Assembly (NCBI GenBank): GCA_009103225.1
Contig: RHPI01001020.1
Coordinates: forward strand, 1-42,281
Reading direction: 5' to 3'
Origin: Chlorokybus atmophyticus
Lineage: Eukaryota > Plantae > Mesostigma and Chlorokybus algae
Length of the DNA: 42,281 nt
This document shows positions 12,101 to 22,157 of this stretch, in pieces. The notes beneath the pieces are model-generated. The model was not told the origin of the DNA, made no database searches, and saw nothing but the letters and a program-made list of their open reading frames with translations. Position numbers and translations under genes: made by a program. Numbering within the stretch: position 1 is the first letter of the stretch; each line of letters opens with the position of its first letter.

Positions 12101-13492
12101 GCACGCATGCCAGCGCATGTGCACTTGTGCACGCGCACATGCAGATGCCGGCGCACATGGAAGCAGACAGAGAGGTATGTTGAAGTAAGACACAACAATG
12201 GAAGGAGACGGATAAGGTATTCAGCATGCATGCAACCGGTAACCCTCTCAACAAAGCCAATCCAAGATGCACTACTCGATGTATTAACAGTGTCTGCGGT
12301 TTACCTGTCAGTTGGTTATTAAGGACATCGAATTCAACCAAGTTTGGTAATGAGGCAACGGACACGGGAATGGTGCCTTGCAAGCTCAGGCCCCACAAGT
12401 ACAGAATCTGCAGGTTCGTCAAGTTGGATAAGGCTTCTGGAATTGTCCCCCCGACACCTGTCATGTTGTATATGTACAGCTCTTGTAGCGAACCCATGTT
12501 GTCAAATAGACTTGACGGAATGAAACCAACCATTGCATTCTCCCTAAAGCTCCTGCGATCACAGCGACAACTTCATGTCAGCCCTGGGGTTGTCAACGGC
12601 CAGTCGGTGACATGGCACTCACAGGTAGGTCAGCTGCGGTGCATACAGCGTCGATGGCATCGCTTCCAGCCTGTTGGCAGAGATGTCCCTGCAGCACAGC
12701 AGCGACAATGAAACATGCTCTCTTGCCTTGAGCTTTGTACAACACGTCACCTACAACAGGGCATACAGCTTACATCTGCTGCAGCAATGGCATGTTCCAG
12801 TCGCTCGGGACGCTGCCGGTCAGCTGGTTGCCCCACAAGAACATGTACGTCAGCCTGTCTAGCGCTTGGAATGTGAAAGGGATCGTGCCGGTCAGAGCGT
12901 TGCCGCCTGCAAAACATGACCACTGGTTAGACTATGACAATGTCTACTACTACGTGTGGTGCTATGCCCTGGTACGCGGAGATAAAACAACCAGCTCACA
13001 AGCTCACCAAGAGACAGCACCGATAGCATGTTGAGATCTCCCAGGCTGGGTGACAGCGGGCCGCTGAGCCCTGCACTCTGCAGCCTTCTGCACTCGCAGC
13101 GGCATTGCACACGCTCAGCGCAAAGCCGCAAGCCCCAACCTTGCCTGACTGGTTTTTTTTTAGCAAAAGGTGAACACACTTACATAGCGTCGACTCGCGA
13201 GTTGATGCACGTGATGCCATACCAATCGCTGCACAAGCTTCCCGGGTTGCTCTGGTTCCAGGATGCCAGCGTGGCTTGAGAGTCGGCACTCAGCCCGGCT
13301 TTGAATGTCAACAATGCCGCCGCTGTTGCGTGATGATTGTCATTGCATGCAGCAGTTTAAGCAACCAAGACGTGACGGAGACTGCTGCATTAGGTGTATA
13401 TGGTACGGAGTAGGATGTGCTCACGCACACACTGCCATGCAATGCTATGCAATTTGCCATGTTCATCAGGACATGCTGCTTGTGTGTCTTGA

Positions 13493-13529
<37 letters not shown>

Positions 13530-13791
13530 CNAGCAAACGTGAAGACCATTGTTGTAATCAGCTTGCACATGCCAAGCACTCACCATCTGACTCCAGGCTG
13601 CCCTGACCTGCACATGAAGCCGTGTCATTGTTTACTAGCAGTGTCTTCCTTACTCAAGCAGAACCTTTGTAAAGAAATACGACAGCAGCGACAGACAGCA
13701 AAGCATGCATGCACTTACCAGCCACCAAGCCAGAGGTTGCTAGCAAAAGCGCCGCGACCAAAACGGCGAGCTGCATGCAAACTGCGTCCAT
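9111..13791 (-). CDS. Leucine-rich-repeat receptor-like Ser/Thr kinase (RLK/Pelle family), about 19-21 exons
   Basis: Spliced product has a signal peptide ([27 protein letters not shown] 13791), a 24-nt micro-exon (GQGSLESD), an LRR N-cap (AALLTFK...SWN...C..W.GITC), about 11 plant-type LRRs (NxLTGTIP) and a Pro-rich stalk. A TM helix ([25 protein letters not shown]) leads into a kinase with [46 protein letters not shown] and RPTM. The 3' end (9111) is uncertain because of a possible GTGAGT donor near 9188. Confidence 0.93.
13497..13531. repeat. Poly-C tract with an ambiguous base (N), intronic
   Basis: Run of more than 30 C followed by N at 13531, inside an intron of the kinase gene. Run length is probably unreliable. 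Confidence 0.9.
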
Positions 13792-14571
13792 CAGCAGCTT
13801 GCTTGGTTGCTTTGACAAAGTAGCGACTGCACCTTTCGGCTGTCACACAACGTCAGCATTGTCAGAAACTTGGCAGCACGAACCCAGCTCCTTCGAGCAT
13901 GCTGTCATTTTTACGTACGGAAGAAAGGCAACAATTCAACACAACTCAACGACCAAGCAGTCATTTGCAGCATGCTAACACCGACTTGAATAAGACACAA
14001 CTATCATACACACGTACGAAGCTAAGCACTGTTTGCGTGCACATAGCAATGCCTGCTGGCACTGACCACCACGCCGGGGAGCTGCTGGCTGGTCGTCTGT
14101 TCCTGACGGACTGGCCGACAGCCGCCGTTCGAGCTGTGGGATGTACTCGACAGAGCTGCACGGGGACCTTATGTTTCACCGCTTTCTACTACTACTCGTC
14201 CTCCTTGCCCTTGTCCGCCTCGTGGCCGCCCACACCCGCCGACAAGCATGCGCTACGGCGCAATAGTGGCCGTCGCCCGCCAGCCATTATCGGGGCACAG
14301 ACTCCGGCTGCCATGCGCCGGAGACCGGACAGAAGACCGGTTGTGTGTACACGTGGCTGGCAGCACGCAGCCGCAACGCGTACGCTCCGTACGGAATGCG
14401 ACTTAGTAAGCTGTGCGAAAACAGTACGCACTTCATTCCTTGTGCGCTTGTGCGTTCTTCTTCCGCTGCGCCCAACGACATCCTGGACGAGGAGGACAAG
14501 GAGGAGGAGGCGGAGGCGGAGGAGGTGAACAGGTGATTTGGTGGGCTTTCTTGCGTTTTTGCTTAGGAGGG
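13792..14571. promoter_or_regulatory. Putative shared bidirectional upstream region of the LRR-RLK and RRA-A genes
   Basis: Only 780 bp separates two divergent start codons (13791 minus, 14572 plus). No specific cis-elements were identified. Confidence 0.45.
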
Positions 14572-17500
14572 ATGAAGCCCGCGGTGAAGAAGCGGCCGGC
14601 GTCGCTGTACGTGGCGCTGGGGATCGGGGCGTTCCTCGGCATGCTGGTGGCTCTGCGCAACGTCTCCTCTTCCGCCAGCCATGCCGCCGCCGCCGCTGCC
14701 TCCCCGGACCCGCTGGACACGCTGGAGTCTATCGCTCGTAGACTCAAGGTGAGCTCGTTCAGTCACAACGACACTGCATTTTAGCACGGTCATTTGTGTG
14801 CATGCTGCCAACCAGCACACACATCCAAATGCACACATACGCGCACGCTTGCGAGCAAGCAACAGACACACAGCCAAACAAAAACAAAACCCAAACCCAA
14901 AATGATCACTCACATAACACAAACACAAGTACAAACACAAAGTGGCACGCGCACTGCACACTGACTGTGTTTGAAGGGCAAAGCTGCCATCAACTTGCAT
15001 TACACCCTTGCTATAATTCGTGCTATAGTTTACATCGCAAACTCGCTTGTTGCTGGAGTCTATTGCTCGTAGACTCAAGACAAATGCACTCTCAGTGACA
15101 CCATAGTGGTTGAGTTGTTGGCTTGCATGTTGCCGACCAGCACACACACGCAATCACACAGAGACGCGCGCGCACGCTTGCGCGTGCAAACAGACACAAG
15201 CGATCAAACAAGCAACAAAACCACAAACACACCGAGGCACGCTCGCGCACTGCACTGTCAGTGTGTTGCTGACATGCACATAGCTGAAATGTACACCCTT
15301 GATGTCGTTCGTTCTATTGTTCACAATGTGAAGCTGCTTTCTCGTCCAATGCATTCCAGGCGGAGCTTGCTGAGAAGGAGGCAGAGCTTAGCGCCAAAGA
15401 GTCTCAGCTCAAAGACGCGGCGAAGAAGCTGTCGAGCACGTCGTCTTCGCTGTCGGCGAAAGATTCTGCAATCTCCGGCAAAGACAGTGAGTTGAAAAGT
15501 GTGAGCGGCGAGCTTCAGACCCTCCAAACCAAGGCGCGTGACCTTGAAGAGCAGCTCCGTCAGAAGGATGCCGCTTTGATTGAGGTCAGGTGAACGCGCA
15601 TGTGGTATGTTGCTCAGTTATGCATCCGGCAATGTATGCTTGACATGTTGTCGCATGGCATACAATGCTGTTGTGCAGGCTAGGAAAGCACAGCTGTCAC
15701 AGTCGACGCAGCAGCAACAGCAGGCGGTTGCTGCAGTCAGTGCAACAGGCGATCGCGCAGATCGCTGGATGCCAGACAAGACTGCCGACTCAGATCTGGC
15801 AAGGAAGCTCAGAGACATTGCACCAACGGTATGCGTAATGTCGAGTTGGATTGCCCTTGCTGGTTGCATCCAACAGACGTGTTTAATGTGGCTGAATGGT
15901 ACAGGGTGAGGTGCTTGTGGCCATCTCGGACCATCGCATTGCGTGGGACTGGCCGGGCAAGAACTCGGACAAGGCGTGTGCTCCCAACTGCAATCCCGGC
16001 ATGCTGCAGGTACGAATGGACACATCTGCTAACTATTGCCAATGCCTTACAAGTGCATGCTAGAGTGCTTGTGCCCGCCTTTTATCCGGCCAGCACTCAG
16101 TCCCAGTTGTCAAGAGCGAAGTGTGATGCTTAGTTTATACTTGCAGACGTTCCTCAAAGGAGTGAAGCACGCGGGTGTGACGAACTACCTGATAGTTGTG
16201 CCTCAGCTGCATCCAGAAGACAAGGCGATGTTGGCCTTTCTGGACTCGCAAGGCGTCCCCAACTTCGCAGTTGATGTAGGGTACTTCTGCTCTAACTGCG
16301 CGTGGGTGAAGTGACTGTCGCTTCACGGGTCCACAAGCAAGTGGATGATGGGACCCACCATTGGTCACATACCGTTGCTATGTGACCAATGATAGGTCCG
16401 TTCACCCACTTAGCTTGCAGCATCGCGTTCGTGTGTTGGCACAGCGAACTCTGCGCCAACAACACATGAATTCTTACGCTGCAAGTTTGTTGTGTCGCTG
16501 GTTAGCAGTGCATAGGATCAGTGCAGTTGAAAATGGTTGTCCTCCTTCAGGTCAAAATGCCGGACAGTCAGAAGGACACGGGCAGCAACCACGCCGTGTC
16601 GGCGTTGAAGTTTACCATACTGCTCAAGTTCATGCGGCTGGGCTACGCCGTGCTGCTCTCCGATGTCGACATCGTTACACTGCAGGTTCGTGTGTAGCTG
16701 TGCACTTCAGACTGTCTCGTTGAGCAGCCAGCCTCTTTCATCTAGTGGATGAAAGTAGCACTGACTGCGTGTGCTTGCTCTCACACAGAACGCAACGTTG
16801 TGTATAGCTGTGCACTTCACACTATCTCGTTGAGCAGCATCCCCTTTGCCTTTAGTGGATGAAACTGGCACTGACTGCGTGTGCTTGCTCTCACACAGAA
16901 CCCATTCAACTTTCTTTATCGTGACGCTGACATTGAAGGCCTGAGTGATGGCTTTGACGAGCGCACTGCCTACGGTGAGTTGTTGTGTGCATTGACTGCG
17001 CGCTCACTTGATGGTTACCAACATCTACCTTGCAGGTTTCGTGGATGGCATCGATGACCCATCGATGGGTTGGGCGCGCTACGCACAGTCCACGCGGCAG
17101 TTTGCTTTCAACTCTGGTCTATTCTACATCCGACCCAACAACCGCACAGTCAACCTGCTTGAGCGCATCGCCGACCGCGTGAGCAAGGAGAAGGCGTGGG
17201 ACCAGAGCGTCTACAACGAGGAGATATTCTTCCTCACGCACGGCAACTACAAAAGCCCACAGGTATATACCTTGTGTGGGGAGTACTCGCATGAATTGGT
17301 GTCACTGTGCTGACGTGGGGAAACGCGGTTTAGGTAACAGTGCGGGTGATGGACATATACCAGTTTGTCAACTCCAAGGTGTTGTTCAAGACGCTGAGGT
17401 ACCGAGAGCATCCGACGCCGGTCATGGTGCACATGAACTACCACCCGGACAAGGTAGCTGCCCTTGATGAAGTTATCAAGCTCTGTGGGTTTGTGTTTGC

Positions 17501-17619
17501 ATCTGTTGATTCATTATCCACTGCAGCACGAGCGCATGAAGGGAGCCTGGAAGCGATACGTGGAGGGAGATTCACATGCATTGGACAAGTTTCCAGGCGG
17601 GTCAGAGCCTGGCACGTAG
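14572..17619 (+). CDS. RRA: RRA-type arabinosyltransferase (GT77, nucleotide-diphospho-sugar transferase), paralog A; 10 exons
   Basis: Type II membrane anchor ([17 protein letters not shown]) and coiled-coil stem, then [72 protein letters not shown]...[15 protein letters not shown] and [10 protein letters not shown]. These are colinear with land-plant RRA1-3. GT-AG introns splice in frame; stop TAG at 17617-17619. Confidence 0.93.
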
Positions 17620-18673
17620 GTAGTAACAGCAACAACCTTACCTTGTGCATTCTTAGCTCTTTTCACGAATTCTGTAGTCAATACGGTAATTACTAATTGC
17701 CACCATCAATTCCAGCTCAATACACCCAACACGCGCATGTCACTGCGGTATTGATGTGACAGTAGCTCAGTTGGACTCCATTGGACTTTAGCTCAGAAGC
17801 CTAATGGTGTTCATAACTGACACATTACCTTGACTGCACTGAGTAGTGGATGGTTGCTGGGTGCAATTGGCTTTGGACCATCTTGGTGATCAACACCAGT
17901 AAAACGACTGAATCTGAAGGTCCAATGCACTGCAAGCTTTGTCGATTGGCGTGTGTAGAAGGTGTCCAGTGGTTCAGAGCTGGGCCCCGCTGCAGGCAGT
18001 GCCACCAACAGCGGAGGAGGACGCGGCGCTCGCATAGCTTGTTAGCGTAGTAGCGCGTGGTTGTGTGTGATGTATGCGGTTAGGCATGGTGCAGCACTGA
18101 CACCCGACACATACATGTCCATGTTAATAGAGGTTGTTGGAGGACGCCGTCCTTACTGGGGCAGCATGACCGGTGTAGCACTGTTGCATTGGTGTATGCG
18201 CTAGTGCGCTGTGGGTTGGCGGTGGCAATGGTTGTATTGGGCATGGCCGCCTCTGGACCCTTGCATGTTGTTTGCTTGATACGAGTTGCCAGTGGTACCA
18301 ATTGCAAATCATAATCAATGAAGCATCTACGAACCCTTTTACATAGGCAACAACAACATATAGACTGTCCAGTGAATATGATATGGTGCGCAGTGTAGGC
18401 ATGCATAGCCAAGGCACAAGAGTCGGTTGCGCATAAGGGCTACCCCGTGTTGCTACGAACTTGTCTCACAGCATGTATACTACAAAAGTGTACAAGCTTA
18501 AAAGCCAAGTGTACGAATCTGAAAGCCATTAAGCTAGGTTGTACTATGTGTTGACTGACATATCATATACTCATAATTGGACGGAGTACCAATACTGTGA
18601 AATTTGAACGTCAGTATCGCCTTTTATTTTGTTATTCTTTTAGTGCGCGCGCCCCCAGCTCTGGACCACGCAG

Positions 18674-19260
18674 GTGCTGGGCCTACCTCACCCTATGCTA
18701 GCACATGTACGGCATTGTATTTGTGATGCGGCCTTGCCGAATGGACGGGGCATGCAACGGTTGCGTTTCTCTTTTGATCCTCAATGCAACGCCACGCACG
18801 ACGCCCTACGTGACGAGGTGTATTCTGTCCTGCGGGAGGCAGGGTGCACAGCAAGCAAGGAGCGCTTGGGTTTCATGCCAATGTTGCCAGGGGAGTGGCA
18901 GGGATGTTGATTGGACCCGATGGCTTCGGAGCCAGGCCACGACCGAAGCCTAGCATTGGAAACCAATAATACCACGTGTAGCACTCAGCTAAGAGGAGGA
19001 GCGGGCGCTGTCGAGTGGGCTAACTTATCATGGCGTCGGAAGAATAATGACCACGCGCGAGGAGACAAGTTCATCCCTTTGGCGGTGGAGACATTTGGCA
19101 CCCCGGGAGCTTTGTCTTATGAGCTAATTACCAACTACGCGCGCCGTGTGGTCTAGCACAGGGGTTTGCATACGACGCGCATGTCTGGGTTCGTGTTCAT
19201 GTATAGGCAGCAGATTGCCAATCTGCACAAGCGGCTTGTGCACTACAGCAGGCTCACGGT
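18674..19260 (+). mobile_element. 5'-truncated non-LTR retrotransposon remnant with a restriction-like endonuclease domain (CRE/R2-type)
   Basis: A single frame reads HC.C...CNATHDALRDEVYSVLREAG...KE...*...KNNDH...FIPLAVETFGTPG, matching the zinc-knuckle, RHD-like and FxPxxxETxG C-terminal motifs of RLE-encoding LINEs. In-frame stops at 18908 and 19154. Confidence 0.65.
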
Positions 19261-19494
19261 GGAATTGTTGGGGAGAGCGACGACGGCCGCGTGTGCAGCT
19301 CTAGGTTGGCGACCACCGTGACTTGCGATGGTCGGACCTGTTACTACAACGACCCTGTCGGACGTGGCTGTGCTCTTGGCGCAAGGCATACGCGGCCAAT
19401 GTGTGCTGGCGTGCATAGCTCTCTTTTGATGTGCATTGGCATTGTGGTTGTTTTGGACTTGTGTTGTTGGGTTAGAGTTATTACTCATACTTAA

Positions 19495-19497
<3 letters not shown>

Positions 19498-19542
<45 letters not shown>
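19498..19542. repeat. (GA)n microsatellite
   Basis: About 22 perfect GA units. Confidence 0.97.
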
Positions 19543-19546
<4 letters not shown>

Positions 19547-20063
19547 TGCAAGCAATTAGCTTGGACCAAAAGGTCGTGTCACGATAGGGTATAAAGACCT
19601 AAGGCACAACTAGTGGCATGCACAAGGTGTATCACACCCAAAAGCGCAACTTGTGCACTTGCAGACATTTCTGCGAAAGCGGCTTATGCACAGTGCAGGG
19701 TGCAACTCCCATGCGGATTGCCTAGGAGTTAGTCAGTATCAGCGGCAAGAACAGTAGCAGGGTTGTAGCAGGGCACAGCAGTGCAATATGGGTGCCTGTT
19801 GCACCTTCACCAACATATGTTACCAATACTACACCTCTATGGTGATCTAGTAGTACAATACAAAGTGCATAGCAATCAAGTTCCTATCAGTTTCAACCCT
19901 GGTCCCCTTCATTTGCAGACCATACCAGTGGTTGCTTGGTTGCTGGCTCTCGACCAGGAGGTTGCAGACTTGATACGCTTGCAAACTTGCTACCTGTGCC
20001 GAAGCACATTAAAAACAATCTAATTCAGCACTCCAGTCAGTAACTAGCAGACTACACTCAAGC

Positions 20064-22157
20064 TCATGAAGAACCGTCAGGAAAGCTATCCAGTGCATGT
20101 GCATCTCCATCAATGTATCGCCTCCACACACCCTTCATTCGCTCATGCTGCAAGTATGCGGCCACAATAATTAAGCAGCAATCACAAGCAATGACACAAC
20201 CCATAGCCAAAATTCTTCAGCAAACCCCTTCGTTACCTTGTCTGGGTGGTAGTTCATGTGCACCATGACCGGCGTCGTGTGCTCTTGATACCTCAGTGTC
20301 TTGAACATAACCCTCGAGTTTGTGAATCGGGTTATGTCCATCACCCGCACGGACACCTAAAGCACATCACTCTCTTCAGCGCAATGACATCTCTCGCATG
20401 CGCGCGCACACACACATACACCAGTTACATGCCTGTGGACTTTTGTAGTTGCCGTGCGATAGGAAGAATATCTCTTGGTTATATACACTCTGGTCCCATG
20501 CCTTCTCCTCCCTGCTCACGCGGGTGGCGATGCGCTTGAGCAAGTCGACTGTGCGGTTGTTGGGTCGGAGGTAAAACAGACCCGAGTTGAGCGCAAAGTG
20601 CTGGATCGAAGAGGCGTACCGCGCCCAACCCATGGACGGCTCGTCCACATTGACAATATGACCTGCCACACATACCTCTCGGTTACGTGTCACAGATTCT
20701 GATGCAGCTCAAGTCATTGATGCGTAGAGTGCAGCTCACCGTAGCCGGTGCGGGGGTCGTATCCATCGGTCATGCCCTCCACATCGGAGTCGCGGTGCAG
20801 AAAATCAAAGGGGTTCTGCACCAGGAGGCAAACAAGGTCACACTCGATGAAAGGGTGATCATACAGATACACATGCATGCGCACGCGCACATGCACATAA
20901 AGCCAGAGCCGTACAGCGTGTACCTGCAGTGTGACTATGTCGACATCCGAGAGCAGGACGGCATATCCGAGTCTCATGAACTCGAGCAGGATGGTGTACT
21001 TGAGCGCCGAGACGGACCGGGCCAGGCGGGTGCTCGCCTTCTGACTGTTGGGCACCTGGACCTGCACGACAACAACAACAACAGTATTTCCATCAGCAAG
21101 TCAACATCTTCAAAGGCTGCAATGTCTCGTGTGGATGCGTACGTTGACAGGGAAGTTTGGGACGCCTTGCGAGTCCAGAAAGGCCAACATGTCCTTGTCT
21201 TCCGGCTGCAGCTGAGGCACCACGATGAGGTAGTTGGTCACGCCCGCGCGCTTGACGCCCTTGATGAACGTCTGTGCTCACATGCATGGAACAGCATGTG
21301 GGTATGCGCACGGATGTGCGTGTGTGTCACTGTCAGGCATTGCAACCATAGCTTTTCTCCTACCTGCAGCATGCCGGGATTGCAGTTGGGAGCGCACGCC
21401 TTATCCGCGTGCTTGCCTGGCGGGTCCCATGCCAGATTGTGGTCCGAGACAGCAATAAGAACCTCGCCCTGACAAAGGTTCAACAACGATGGTGTGATCT
21501 TTGTTGAGCATGCGAGTAAACAAGTCCAATGAGCCTCTGTGAGAGAACACAACGCACACACAACTCACCGTTGGTGCGACTTCTCTCAGCTTCTTGGCCA
21601 GCTCTGTGTCGGCAGTAGCATCGGGCAGCCAGCGGTCAGTGCGTTCAGCGGGTGGGACTTGTGCCTGAAATTGGATAGCAGCGCATTATGGGGTTGCTTG
21701 TGGGTTTATCACATAAGGTAGGTGGGTGGGTGCCCCCATGGTGGGGGGAGAGGGGTGGAGAGGGGGGAGGGAGGAGAGGGTGCGGGCGTGAGGGTGGGTG
21801 TCTGTCGCAGTGTGTGTCCACACGCAACATGCAAAAGTGTGTGTCCGTCAATTGTTGTCGGCTCATGCATCACTGGAATGTGACATTTGAAATGTCCCAC
21901 GAATGCATGCATGCATGCGAGCCACGAGCGGTGAGAGCAACCAGCATGCAATGCATCCCGGCTGCACTCGCCTCATTGGCAAGAGCGGCTGGCGCCGATG
22001 ACGACGCAGGCGAGTACGGACGGCATGCGGTGCTGTCATAGTGGCGGATGGTGGAGACGCTGTTGATGGCGAGCACGCCCAGGAGCGTTCCAAACCCCAT
22101 GGCCAGGAACAGCTTCCTGTCCAGCATGGTGGACGCCAGCGCCCTGGCCGCCTTCAT
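20064..22157 (-). CDS. RRA: RRA-type arabinosyltransferase (GT77), paralog B; 9 exons
   Basis: ATG at 22157, membrane anchor [16 protein letters not shown], the same catalytic motifs ([54 protein letters not shown]) and the same intron positions as paralog A. Stop TGA at 20064-20066. One intron, probably two, needs a GC donor. Confidence 0.9.

Noticed and set aside
13305-13823. 172-aa + strand ORF with poly-Pro
   Set aside because: It is the antisense of RLK exons and introns; the poly-Pro comes from an intronic poly-C tract containing an N.
17763-17820. A-box-like TAGCTCAGTTGG suggesting another tRNA or SINE
   Set aside because: There is no proper B box (GTTCATAAC only) and no cloverleaf.
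20687-21472. 261-aa + strand ORF, and similar long antisense ORFs at 10657-11683 and 25693-26568
   Set aside because: They are shadow frames opposite genuine minus-strand coding exons.
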